Shown here piece after piece: positions 8,253 to 17,555 of a DNA stretch of 64,000 bases. Made by a program: the position numbers and the translations under genes. How positions within the stretch are numbered: position 1 is the first letter of the stretch; each line of letters starts with the position of its first letter. The stretch is from an uncultured bacterium (GTDB taxonomy: Bacteria > Acidobacteriota > HRBIN11 > JAKEFK01): assembly GCA_963777505.1 (NCBI GenBank), contig CAVZQN010000004.1, positions 1,632,001 to 1,696,000 of the forward strand. The letters run 5' to 3'. The notes beneath the pieces were generated by a model that saw only the letters and a list, made by a program, of their open reading frames with translations, was not told where the DNA came from and searched no databases.

Positions 8253-10292
8253 ATGAAATACGTCATCATTGCTCTTTTAACTTTAAACGCCGCCACCGCT
8301 TCAGCAATTGAGATTTCTGAATTTCCTCATTATGAAATGGACGTTCATCTCACTCCTTCGGATCAAACGATCAGAACTGAAGGCATCATTACACTGCCAA
8401 AAAATAGTGAATCGATGACAGTTTTGAAGCTTGCGTTAAGTGAACAAATCGAGGATCTTCGCGTTGAAGTGTTATCGCCTCCTGATTGTGCAGGGGTCGC
8501 GATGTTTGAAAAAAAAGAAACCCGCCGCCCTTGGTCGCGCGATGGATGGGAAATAAATACCTGGCATTTTCAATTACCGAAACAATTACCGGCGGGGTCG
8601 CAATTAAAAGCAAAATTTTCTTATCAAGGTAAATTTACACAAAGCAGCTTTATATTTTCGCTTCAAAAAGACGTGATGTTCGGATCTGGCATCGGCACGG
8701 CATGGTACCCACAATTTGAAGAAGCTGATGCAACTACACGATTGAAAGGATTGCGATCTACAGGAAGACTTCAATTTCATGTGCCACCCGGACTGATTGT
8801 TCATTCAGCGGGAAAGTTGGTGAGTTCAGTTGAAAATCAAAAGCAAGGCAAATTTGAATTTGAAAATTCCAATCCTGTCTTTTTTTCATTTGCCGCTGCA
8901 AAGTTTTTCCATGTGATGGCACAGGGGAATCCTCCAGTCAGCGGCTATTTATTAAGGGAAAGGAAAAATATTAACGAATATTTGAACAAATGCTCACGCA
9001 TTATGAAAGTCCTTACAGATGAGTTTGGGCCCAGTCCGCTCAGTCCGGAATTTGCGATTGTGGAATTGCCATCAGAGCAATCGAATGATGCAGGGTTTGC
9101 TGGAGCCAGTCTGGATGGATTCATGCTTTCAACCACCGATTTTCTGGACCAGCCGTTCAACACTGCATATTACGGTCATGAAGTGGGTCATCAATGGTGG
9201 GGTGGGCTTGTTCGTGTCAACGGAACATCAGGAATCTGGATGTTGCAGGAAGGACTTGCCCAGTATGGCTCCTTGCGTGCGGTTGAAATCATTGAAGGCC
9301 CGGAAAAAGCAAAACAGTATCGCACTAAGTATTATCCGGGATACTTTGAATTTGAATCGTCCGGACCCGGTTATTTGCGTTTTGCTGCTGCAGGCTTAGA
9401 CAAACCACTGGCGCCATTGCCAAGAGAAGATCCAATCGCTCGAAGACTTTCAAATAGCAAAGGCATGTTTGTATGGGACATGCTTGCACAAGAAGCAGGC
9501 CGCGACCGTTTCAATGAAGCTTTAAGAAACATCGCTAGAAAATATGCTTACAAAAGGATTCAATGGGAAGAATTTCTTCAGGAAATTGAAAACAGCGCCG
9601 GACGTGATCTATCGACATTTTATAAACAATGGTTCGACCAAACGGGTGCTCCATCGTGGAAATCAAAATGGTGGATGAATGGCGAAAATCTTGAAGTTGA
9701 AATACGTCAGGATCTGCCGCATTTTCAAGTTAAAGTTCCTGTTGTGATGCGCGGAGAAGGCAAAGAAAAAAGAGAGACAATCGAACTCAAAGGTGAAATA
9801 TCTAAATTTACGATGCCAGTTTCATTCCAACCTGAGTCAGTTGAGATTGATCCCGATTTCACAGTTCTGCATTGGACTCCGCAACTCCGCGATGAAGCCA
9901 ATGCATTAATTCCATATACACGTGGATTCATGAAGTTCGTAGACGGCAACGCAAAAGAGGCAGAAGAAGAATTTCGTGCAGGGCTCAATCAGATTCCGGT
10001 TCCAGATCAACATGGTTTAGAGTTTTTACTTCGTTATGGTTGGAGCCAGGCCGCTCTGGATCAAGATCGTGTGGATGAATCCCTGAAGCAAATTCAAGCT
10101 GCTGTATCCTGCAAGACCCGTCGTCCTGAACTTCTTCCATGGGCGTATCTTCATCTTGCATTGGTTGCAAAAAAGATGGGGAATCAAGTTCTCTTAGAAG
10201 ACGCTGTGCAAAGTGTGAATGATGCCGACAAAGTTACAAAGACAGGCGCAGCAGAACAAGCCATTCAACTATTGAATCGCAAAGATCGCTAG
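8253..10292 (+). CDS. Secreted M1-family (gluzincin) aminopeptidase with C-terminal TPR-like region
   Basis: Signal peptide, HEVGHQWWG...WMLQEGLAQY zinc motif, FYKQWF, IDPDF. Confidence 0.85.
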   Translation: MKYVIIALLTLNAATASAIEISEFPHYEMDVHLTPSDQTIRTEGIITLPKNSESMTVLKLALSEQIEDLRVEVLSPPDCAGVAMFEKKETRRPWSRDGWEINTWHFQLPKQLPAGSQLKAKFSYQGKFTQSSFIFSLQKDVMFGSGIGTAWYPQFEEADATTRLKGLRSTGRLQFHVPPGLIVHSAGKLVSSVENQKQGKFEFENSNPVFFSFAAAKFFHVMAQGNPPVSGYLLRERKNINEYLNKCSRIMKVLTDEFGPSPLSPEFAIVELPSEQSNDAGFAGASLDGFMLSTTDFLDQPFNTAYYGHEVGHQWWGGLVRVNGTSGIWMLQEGLAQYGSLRAVEIIEGPEKAKQYRTKYYPGYFEFESSGPGYLRFAAAGLDKPLAPLPREDPIARRLSNSKGMFVWDMLAQEAGRDRFNEALRNIARKYAYKRIQWEEFLQEIENSAGRDLSTFYKQWFDQTGAPSWKSKWWMNGENLEVEIRQDLPHFQVKVPVVMRGEGKEKRETIELKGEISKFTMPVSFQPESVEIDPDFTVLHWTPQLRDEANALIPYTRGFMKFVDGNAKEAEEEFRAGLNQIPVPDQHGLEFLLRYGWSQAALDQDRVDESLKQIQAAVSCKTRRPELLPWAYLHLALVAKKMGNQVLLEDAVQSVNDADKVTKTGAAEQAIQLLNRKDR

Positions 10293-10304
10293 TAATAACG
10301 AGGC

Positions 10305-11025
10305 CTACCGCGCCGCAGCTATATCCTTGGAGTTCATGTCGATGGTGATGGTCCATCCTGAGGTACCACGAAAGTCGAACGGTGCTGGCTTGGGTCCGCG
10401 ACGATAGGCGATAAATTGGACTGGCATGATATTAAACCCGTCATTTCGGGTAGAGCCGAAGTAGCTCATATTCTTAATGACGGTCGTACCTTCACCTGTG
10501 GCGCCAGGATTTCGAGTCAACACCACTTCAGCCGCCTTCCCGCCATCGAGCTTGGCCTCGGCGCGCACCGACTCTGCTTTGAAGTCAATCTTTGCATCGG
10601 GTCCTTCAGTGAAAGACGTCCACTTCAACGGCAGGAAATGGGACATGAACACGCGGATCGCTGCCCGTTGCTCTTTGGTCGCGGAAGGCTCGAATGTAAG
10701 TTCGACAGTCTTAACGTCGCCCTTGTCTCCCGCGAACCAAAACTTCAGCCCGTCCAGCCTCACCTTGCCATAATGCCCCTGATTCACCCGAAACGCCTGG
10801 TTGAAGTAACAGGACCTGTGTCCTCCATGCTCGTGGGTCGCAGCTGAGCCGACTGTCGCGGGCGAGCCGAAGATACACGGACACAGCATACGGCAGCTAC
10901 AGCCATCGATAATTGTTGTATTCACCGCCCAGTCAACCAAGGCTTCTTTCGCAAGGGTCTGCGTCGCAAGAACCAGTGGTACAGAGAGCAACGACTATAC
11001 TAATGAGGATTTGATTTATTTTCAT
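10305..11025 (-). CDS. DUF1326-family protein with signal peptide (apparent 1-nt indel near 10995)
   Basis: GCSCRMLCPC...SC..G.YG.V.LDGL pattern. RBS GGAGG and ATG at 11025 (MKINQILISIV) are one base out of frame with ORF 10305-10991. Confidence 0.7.
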
Positions 11026-11079
11026 ACTTCCTCCTTTTCGATCTCTGTCGCGAGTATAGTTTTTTCCCACATGGCTACT

Positions 11080-11096
11080 AGTACAACAAATGAACT
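11080..11096. promoter_or_regulatory. Candidate operator of the adjacent HxlR-type regulator
   Basis: AGTACA-ACAAA-TGAACT, an inverted repeat with one mismatch to AGTTCA-N5-TGAACT, between divergent genes. Confidence 0.45.
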
Positions 11097-11129
11097 GGTC
11101 GTAAATGATGGTGAGGTTATACTGGATTA

Positions 11130-11822
11130 ATGACCAAGTATGGTCAGTACTGTCCCACGGCGCGTGCTGCTGAGATTTTAGGCGATCGCTGGACGCTCCT
11201 GATTATTCGGGACTTGTTATGCGGTGTGAGCCACTTTAACGAATTGGAGCGCGGGCTTCCCGGGATCTCACGTGCGCTCCTTGCTGAACGGTTGCGCCAT
11301 TTGCAACAGGTTGGAATTGTAATACGTAAAGACGTTCGCGACCGACAGCGAACCAGCTATCAGCTTACCAGGGCAGGAATAGAACTTAAAGAACCGGTGA
11401 ATTCCATGACGCAGTGGGGTGCAAAGTGGGCCTTCGGTGAACCGGAGCCGGCAGAACTTGATCCGGTTTTGCTTTTGTGGTGGATGCGAAATCGAGTTTA
11501 CTTTGAACGTCTGCCCAAAAAACAGATCGTAGTGGAATTTGTGTTTCGTCCCATGCACAAAAGAAAGTACTGGCTCATCTTAAAACCTGACGATGTTTCG
11601 CTTTGCCTTCAGTATCCCGGTTTTGAGAGTGACTTGCTTGTAAATGCGGATCTGTCGGCCTTTTACCAGGTGTGGCTTGGACGTAACACTTTTGGAAATG
11701 CATTGCGGAATCGAAGTATCGAAATTGTCGGAATACCATCGCTCGTCCGCGGGTTCCCACGCTGGTTTGCTCTAAGCCCAGTTGCGGAACTGGTACGAAA
11801 AACAGAAAAATTTCAGAAGTAA
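11130..11822 (+). CDS. HxlR-family winged-helix regulator with C-terminal SCP2-like domain
   Basis: YGQYCP.ARAAEILGDRWTLLIIRDL...FNELERGLPGISR.LL.ERL. TATACT lies 6 nt before the ATG (leaderless-like). Confidence 0.9.
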   Translation: MTKYGQYCPTARAAEILGDRWTLLIIRDLLCGVSHFNELERGLPGISRALLAERLRHLQQVGIVIRKDVRDRQRTSYQLTRAGIELKEPVNSMTQWGAKWAFGEPEPAELDPVLLLWWMRNRVYFERLPKKQIVVEFVFRPMHKRKYWLILKPDDVSLCLQYPGFESDLLVNADLSAFYQVWLGRNTFGNALRNRSIEIVGIPSLVRGFPRWFALSPVAELVRKTEKFQK

Positions 11823-11886
11823 GAGTATATTTGCGATCCGAATCTTCGCCATAATCGAATTAAAGTTAGCGCCTCGAGACGTGCTC

Positions 11887-13335
11887 CTATTTTCTCTTAT
11901 AAATAGTGTAAGAGCCGTACCGGCTCTGGATGGTTTTTACCGGTACGTAATGCTGCATCAAATCCGAATCTTTCAAGTTCAAGGATCGCGCTTGACCCGC
12001 GCTGAATGCAAAATAGTCGGGATGAAATGCCCGGATCGGGCCGAGAAAATCGCCTCTGGCTCTGTATTCGATACACTGCGGGGAGACCAGGCCGGCCAGA
12101 TCCAGAATGTAGCGCCGGGAATAATAGCCGAGATAGCCGATATCTTTGATCGCAAGCACTGAATGCGGAGGAGTATTCTCGTTTACCCATTCGCCTGCAG
12201 CGCGGTTGACTGTCTCATAATGATGCTGTTGATATTGTAAATCCAGCACTCGATAGTACGATATCAATAGTATTATTGGTATAGAGCTCAGTGCCGCCAC
12301 GTGAATTAGGATCTCTCTTTTCTTGAAAAGGTAAAGCAGCCCCAGCCAGATGAGGGGAAGGTATGCAGCGTAGAAAGGGGCATAGTACCAGGGATGCATA
12401 GGACCTGCAGCGGCGGTGTACGAAATAGCATAACCGGCGGCCCAAATCGGAATCAACAGAAGATTTCGGTGATTCTTCCAGACATTCCATGAGCCTAGCA
12501 AAGCAAGGACCAGGAACGGGATTCCAACAGTATTCAGGTGCAGAAATCCGCGAAGCAGAATTTCGTAAATTGCATTTCCTTCAGATTTTTCCGCAAGCGC
12601 CCATTTTGCGGCAGCCGAATTCGGGATCGGGGAACCGAACATGAGGAAGCCGAACAGAATCATCGGTATTAGCGCAACAAATGCAATGAAAAGAGGCTTC
12701 AGCGGTAATTTACGTTTTTGCAGGAAATAACAAACAGTAAGTCCGGCAAGTACGGCAATTCCATCTACTCGCGTCCAAACCGCAAAGGCGCCGCATAGGA
12801 AAGCTGCAGTCCATTTTTCTCGAGACGATAAAAGAATCGCGGCAAACAGCCAGGCAATCGATAATTGAGTTTCCATACCCGACAGGGACCACTGTAAAGT
12901 TTCGGGTCCGAACAGGAAGAGGAATGCAGGAACCCATCGAGACGGGCCGGGCGCATGAGAAAAAATTTGCAATAATATCCAACCGATAAAACAATCGGCT
13001 GCCAGAGAAATAATGAATGCCGCGGAAATACTGGAGATCCCGATTTTGACAAACAGTGCGATGATCAACCCTTCAAGCATGGTTGACGTGCCAAGTACTT
13101 TTTCACCCGCGTTATAAACGAATCCCACACCGGATGCCAGATTTTCTGCATAACGAAAAGTGATCAGGGCATCATCGGCAGTGTACCTGATGGTGAAAAA
13201 CAGGTAGATGCGGATCACAGCCGCGGATATTAGCAGAACGGCTATCAGGTATTTCGGAACGTGGGTCTCGGAATGGATCGATTGATGAAGTTGGTGCGGG
13301 TTCTCCGAAGCACTTGATGCTGCTTCAGGATGCAT
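11887..13335 (-). CDS. GT-C-fold membrane glycosyltransferase-like protein
   Basis: DDALITFRYAENLASG.G.VYN.GE.V.G.S loop, SGMET, R.DG, PNS..AK, DIGYLGYYS...ILDLAGLVSP. Many TM helices. Confidence 0.75.
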   Translation of the reverse strand: MHPEAASSASENPHQLHQSIHSETHVPKYLIAVLLISAAVIRIYLFFTIRYTADDALITFRYAENLASGVGFVYNAGEKVLGTSTMLEGLIIALFVKIGISSISAAFIISLAADCFIGWILLQIFSHAPGPSRWVPAFLFLFGPETLQWSLSGMETQLSIAWLFAAILLSSREKWTAAFLCGAFAVWTRVDGIAVLAGLTVCYFLQKRKLPLKPLFIAFVALIPMILFGFLMFGSPIPNSAAAKWALAEKSEGNAIYEILLRGFLHLNTVGIPFLVLALLGSWNVWKNHRNLLLIPIWAAGYAISYTAAAGPMHPWYYAPFYAAYLPLIWLGLLYLFKKREILIHVAALSSIPIILLISYYRVLDLQYQQHHYETVNRAAGEWVNENTPPHSVLAIKDIGYLGYYSRRYILDLAGLVSPQCIEYRARGDFLGPIRAFHPDYFAFSAGQARSLNLKDSDLMQHYVPVKTIQSRYGSYTIYKRK

Positions 13336-14098
13336 GAGCCAATGTTTCCGGCTTTATTGAGTTATGAATCACCGCAAAATTCTTGTATTTGAAGTTTTCC
13401 AGCTTGTGCTGATATGCAGGTATTTTCTTAAGTCCGGAATCAAGAATCTTGTAGATCGAATAATTTTCTATTTTTGAAAAGAAATCGAAAAAGTCCTTCA
13501 ATAACACCCTGGAATCTATGTTGCAGCGGCTGTATTCGAATTGAATCCTCAAAATCTTTTCAGCATCGATCATCTTCTGCGCACCTTTGAGGATTGGCAG
13601 CTCATGTCCTTCGACATCCAATTTCAGAAAATCGATTGATGCGATTTCGTGGTTCTTACAATAGTTATCCAGAGTATCCAGTTCAACCGGTATCCTTTGA
13701 TTGGATTCAATATATGACTCGTCTTTGGGTGAAACTCTTTCAAAGGAAGCAGAGCGGGCATCGATAAATCTTGTTCCCGGCTGTGAGGAAAAGCCGAGGA
13801 GGTTTAGGTGGACATTATTCGGAAAGGCGGCGAGTTGAAGGCGGCGATACATTTCCGGAAGTGGTTCGAAAGAATGGATTATGGCAGCAGGATTGAGAGC
13901 GAGAGCCATGCGCGTCCAGTTCCCTTCGTTTGCTCCCACATCGAAAATAATCGAACAATCTGAGATTTGAGATTTTAGGAAAGCGAATTCACCGTTTGTG
14001 TGGAAATTTCCGTTGTTTTCTCCATCCATCCAATTACAATATCGCCGGAAGAGGTAATACAATTTTTGGGATCGGGGGGCAAATCGGCTAAATTTCAT
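13325..14098 (-). CDS. FkbM-family methyltransferase
   Basis: FDVGANEG.W, HSFEP, TLD.YC....IDFLKLDVEGHE...LKGA, IQFEY. Confidence 0.9.
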   Translation of the reverse strand: MKFSRFAPRSQKLYYLFRRYCNWMDGENNGNFHTNGEFAFLKSQISDCSIIFDVGANEGNWTRMALALNPAAIIHSFEPLPEMYRRLQLAAFPNNVHLNLLGFSSQPGTRFIDARSASFERVSPKDESYIESNQRIPVELDTLDNYCKNHEIASIDFLKLDVEGHELPILKGAQKMIDAEKILRIQFEYSRCNIDSRVLLKDFFDFFSKIENYSIYKILDSGLKKIPAYQHKLENFKYKNFAVIHNSIKPETLAHAS

Positions 14099-14211
14099 GC
14101 ACGTCGCAATGTGAACACATAGGAAAGCAAAATGCCTCTATCTTGTCAAGAATGCTTGGTTGTTGTTTCAGTCGCGCGATCAAAAAGCTTAGCGATCGGG
14201 CAATTTATCAT

Positions 14212-14274
14212 GTAAAGCATACTTGACTTATTGTAAAGGCTGCTTTATACTGATTTTTGTCAAGTTTACTTTAC
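14212..14274 (+). promoter_or_regulatory. Sigma70-type promoter overlapped by three GT(A/C)AAG-N4-CTT(T/G)A(C/T) operators
   Basis: -35 TTGACT (14223-14228), 17-nt spacer, -10 TATACT (14246-14251). Palindromes at 14212-14227, 14233-14248 and 14259-14274. Confidence 0.75.
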
Positions 14275-14286
14275 AAGAGGGTGACA

Positions 14287-14685
14287 ATGACTTTACTTGA
14301 AATTGATAAGAAGCAAATTTTCAGATTCACAGCGCTCTGTCTTGTTGGCTCTGTCGCAATTTTGGTCGCGCTATACATTGCAATCTGGTTCATCGATTCC
14401 CATCCTGGGGACTCAGTCAATCTTTGGATTGCAACATTTCCAATTGTTGGATTGCTTTTTCTCACTGTTCTTGCGATGCGTAGTCTACGCGGCATGGATG
14501 AACTGCACCAGAAGATACATACAGAGGCAATGGCATTTGGGTTTCTTGCAAGTTTCCTGATTATCACTAGTTGTGGTTTTCTCGCACTGGCAGGTTTCCT
14601 GAAAATGACGCTTGACTGGATGGCACCAACCATGATCATTAGCTGGATTGTCGGGTTGCTCATCGCATTATTGCGGTATCGTTGA
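14287..14685 (+). CDS. Small 4-TM membrane protein (DUF2178-like DE loop)
   Basis: Four hydrophobic segments with central MDELHQKIH.EA. Upstream GAGGG RBS. Directly upstream of the XRE gene. Confidence 0.7.
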   Translation: MTLLEIDKKQIFRFTALCLVGSVAILVALYIAIWFIDSHPGDSVNLWIATFPIVGLLFLTVLAMRSLRGMDELHQKIHTEAMAFGFLASFLIITSCGFLALAGFLKMTLDWMAPTMIISWIVGLLIALLRYR

Positions 14686-14696
14686 GGCCTGCTGAT

Positions 14697-14891
14697 ATGA
14701 AGAATCGACTGAAAGTATTGCGCGCAGAAAGAGATTGGTCACAAGCCGATCTCGCTAAAAAACTCAAAGTTTCCCGCCAGACTGTAAATGCGATCGAGAC
14801 CGGAAAATATGATCCGAGTTTGCCACTTGCCTTCAACATCGCACGATTATTTGGACTGCTGATCGAAGAAATCTTTCAACCAGATTCTTGA
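14697..14891 (+). CDS. XRE/Cro-family HTH regulator
   Basis: MKNRLKVLRAERDWSQADLA..L.VSRQTVNAIETGKYDPSLPLAF.IA..F...IEEIF. Confidence 0.92.
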   Translation: MKNRLKVLRAERDWSQADLAKKLKVSRQTVNAIETGKYDPSLPLAFNIARLFGLLIEEIFQPDS

Positions 14892-14972
14892 GCATTCTAG
14901 TATTTGAATCACACGAATCGCAGAGTATCAACGGATTCAATAAGACATCTCGGCGTACTCGGCGTTAAAAAA

Positions 14973-16137
14973 CTAACGCTGATCGCGTGCGACGAATTTC
15001 AGATCGATGGGGCCACTATATTCAGAAGCGGGTCTGATCAAACGATTTTCTGATTGTTGTTCCAAAACATGAGCAGTCCAACCTGCGATCCTGCCTGCAG
15101 CAAACAATGAAGAAAATTGATCAGGTGTGAGGCCGATACTTTGCAGAACAAGTGCGGTATAAAACTCAACATTAGTATTCAAATTCCTTCCTGGTTTGAC
15201 TTCATCTAATACGCGCAAAGCAGTTTTTTCTACACCAGTTGCCAGCTCAGTTAATTGGCGATCAATATTTGCGGATTTTCCAAGTTCTTCTACTGCAGCT
15301 TTCAGCACATTCGCGCGCGGATCACGCACTTTGTATACGCGATGTCCAAAGCCCATAATGCGTTTTCCTGCTGCGAGTTGTTCGCGTACCCAGGATTCTG
15401 CGCGATCCAAAGTCTTAATTTCCAGAAGCATATCCAGAACAGGGCCTGGTGCGCCTCCATGAAGTGGACCTTTCAAAGCTCCAATGGCGCCTGTAACAGC
15501 GGAATACATATCTGACTGTGTTGAAGCGATCACGCGTGCTGTAAAAGTGCTAGCATTCATTCCGTGATCGATCACGGTTGTCCAATATGTATCAAGCGCA
15601 TGAGCTGCTTCGGGGGCTGGAATTCGATCATTGAGCATGTAAAGGAAATTGGCTGCGCGATCCAATTCAGGTTTTGGTGGTACAGGATTTAAACCCCGTC
15701 TGAACCTGTCATGCGCAGCTACAATCACTGGAATTTGTGCTGTGAGACGTTTGGCTCGCTGTAGATTCGCTTCAATGGATTCATCATTCACCGCAGGATC
15801 ATTAATTGATAAAACACCTGCAGCCATTCTTAACGCATCCATTGATGGGGCGTTTCTGGCGGCTTGCAATAACATGATCGCCGCATCCGGAATCGTCCGT
15901 AGTTCTCTGAGCTCTTCACTCAGCGCTTCATATTCTGCCTGTGTCGGTAGTGAAGGATGTTTGCCCTGGGCTGCATTCCACAATATGTAAGCTACTTCTT
16001 CAAAAGTTGCTTTACCTGCAATCTCTTCCAGTGGATAGCCGCCAATGATGAGTTGTCCGGCTTGACCATCAACATGGCTAATCCGCGTGGTTGTTGCGAC
16101 TACGCCTTCCAGACCTTTCTTTGCTTGTGTACTTCAT
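14973..16137 (-). CDS. Citrate synthase/2-methylcitrate synthase family (1-nt insertion just after the start codon)
   Basis: KGLEGVV...ISHVDGQAG.L...GY is in frame upstream of the called ORF. DHGMNASTF, GPLHGGA, GFGHRVYK, NVEFY. ATG at 16137 is followed by an extra A. Confidence 0.9.
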
Positions 16138-16140
16138 AAT

Positions 16141-16226
16141 TTCAAGATTAAAAATGAAAGATAAAAAATAAAAAATAAGGACTTAAAGCGGCACTAATTT
16201 TTGATCTTTTATTTTTGATTTTTAAT
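16141..16226. repeat. Inverted pair of degenerate heptamer arrays (AAAAATA/AAAGATA vs TATTTTT/GATCTTT)
   Basis: caagattaaaaatgaaagataaaaaataaaaaataa ... aatttttgatcttttatttttgatttttaa. Confidence 0.6.
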
Positions 16227-17412
16227 TTTTTTTACGTTCGGGGTTAAAAAATGGCAGTTTAACTATATCAGCAAAGACTTTTTTCCTTTGATATTCAACA
16301 GTCATTTCCATTTGAATTGTTTTACCAGGTTCAGCGAACTGTTTCTCAACGGTGCCAATGGCAATATATTTCTTTAGCACGGGAGACCAACATCCACTCG
16401 TTGCTTTCCCTATTTGACGATATTCATTATAAAGTGGAATGCCACCCCGCCATGAGGCAGACGGCACCTGGGGAGGTAATCCGTCCTCCTGATAAACACG
16501 TTCAAGTTCGTCCCATCGGATATCAAGCCCAATCAAATCTCGTGCTACACCTTTCTGTTTGTCTTCAATGAGCTTCTTTTTGCCAACAAAATTTTGTTTG
16601 TCCAAATGAACTGTCCAACCGAGTCCGATTTCGTAAGGACTGTATCTTTGAGATTCAATGATTGCTTTTTCGGCACTGATGTAATCGACTTCAATCAAAA
16701 CAAATCCAGCTTCGATTCGGGTTATATCGAGTGCAATATTTCCCGCAGGTGTAATTCCATACGGATGACCGGCTTCCATTACCATGTCATAAACTTTTAC
16801 TGCATGTTCAACTGGAACCCAGATTTCGTAACCCAGATCTCCTGTGAATCCCGTTCTGGAAATCATCAAAGGAATTTTTTCAACAGTGACATTTGTTAAA
16901 CGAAAAAACTTCAAAGCATCAACAGCATTACTGTTTGTCAAACTGCGGATTATTTCGCGGGAAAGTGGTCCCTGAAGTGCGAGTGCTGCATATTGATCGC
17001 TTACATCCTGAATCTCAACATCTAATCCGGATGCATTTAATTTCATCCAGCGGAACATAGGATCTGCGGTATTAAATCGGAAGTAATCATCAGTGATCCG
17101 GAAAACAGTACCGTCTTGTAATGTCTTTCCTGCTTCATCGCACCATGCAGAATAAACAGCTTGTCCTACTGCACATTTCTTCATGTTTCGCGTAACAATC
17201 CGATCACAAAGGCTGAGTGCACCTGGACCTTTAACGTCATATTTCAACATTGGAGTAATGTCGATCAAACCTGCTGAGTTGCGAATCGCATAATATTCAG
17301 TTTCATGATGCACTTCGTAGGAGCTTGGTACAAAGTATCCGGACCAATAGCGCCATTGCATGCTCTTCATGAGTTTTGATGTTCGTGGATAAAAAGCTGT
17401 TGGATCTGGCAT
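16222..17412 (-). CDS. GcvT-family aminomethyltransferase/THF-dependent demethylase
   Basis: EYYAIRNSAGLIDITP, ALQGP.SR, ISRTGFTGDLGYEIW, RIEAG, SPYEIGLGW, LPFFNP. No gcvH or gcvP nearby. Confidence 0.9.
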   Translation of the reverse strand: MPDPTAFYPRTSKLMKSMQWRYWSGYFVPSSYEVHHETEYYAIRNSAGLIDITPMLKYDVKGPGALSLCDRIVTRNMKKCAVGQAVYSAWCDEAGKTLQDGTVFRITDDYFRFNTADPMFRWMKLNASGLDVEIQDVSDQYAALALQGPLSREIIRSLTNSNAVDALKFFRLTNVTVEKIPLMISRTGFTGDLGYEIWVPVEHAVKVYDMVMEAGHPYGITPAGNIALDITRIEAGFVLIEVDYISAEKAIIESQRYSPYEIGLGWTVHLDKQNFVGKKKLIEDKQKGVARDLIGLDIRWDELERVYQEDGLPPQVPSASWRGGIPLYNEYRQIGKATSGCWSPVLKKYIAIGTVEKQFAEPGKTIQMEMTVEYQRKKVFADIVKLPFFNPERKKN

Positions 17413-17466
17413 GCGCTTATTCTTACAGCAAAAATACTAACTTTCAAGAGATCTCTTCAAAAAGTC

Positions 17467-17505
17467 ATGTTTCACATTGTGAAACATCGTTTCGAATGTT
17501 GAAAC
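17467..17505. promoter_or_regulatory. Tandem GTTTC-N7-GAAAC operator between divergent genes
   Basis: Perfect 21-bp palindrome ATGTTTCACA-T-TGTGAAACAT (17467-17487) followed by GTTTCGAATGTTGAAAC (17489-17505). Confidence 0.65.
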
Positions 17506-17555
17506 ACGCGAAAAATCGTTCCTTTACATTTCAGAATCGTTTAGAATAGACGCCT

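Noticed and set aside
16222-17412. Glycine cleavage system T protein
   Set aside because: No gcvH/gcvP adjacent, and the N-terminus is divergent from true GcvT.
17468-17486. parS site
   Set aside because: Half-sites match TGTTTCAC/GTGAAACA but are separated by 3 nt, whereas canonical parS has no spacer. Treated as an operator.
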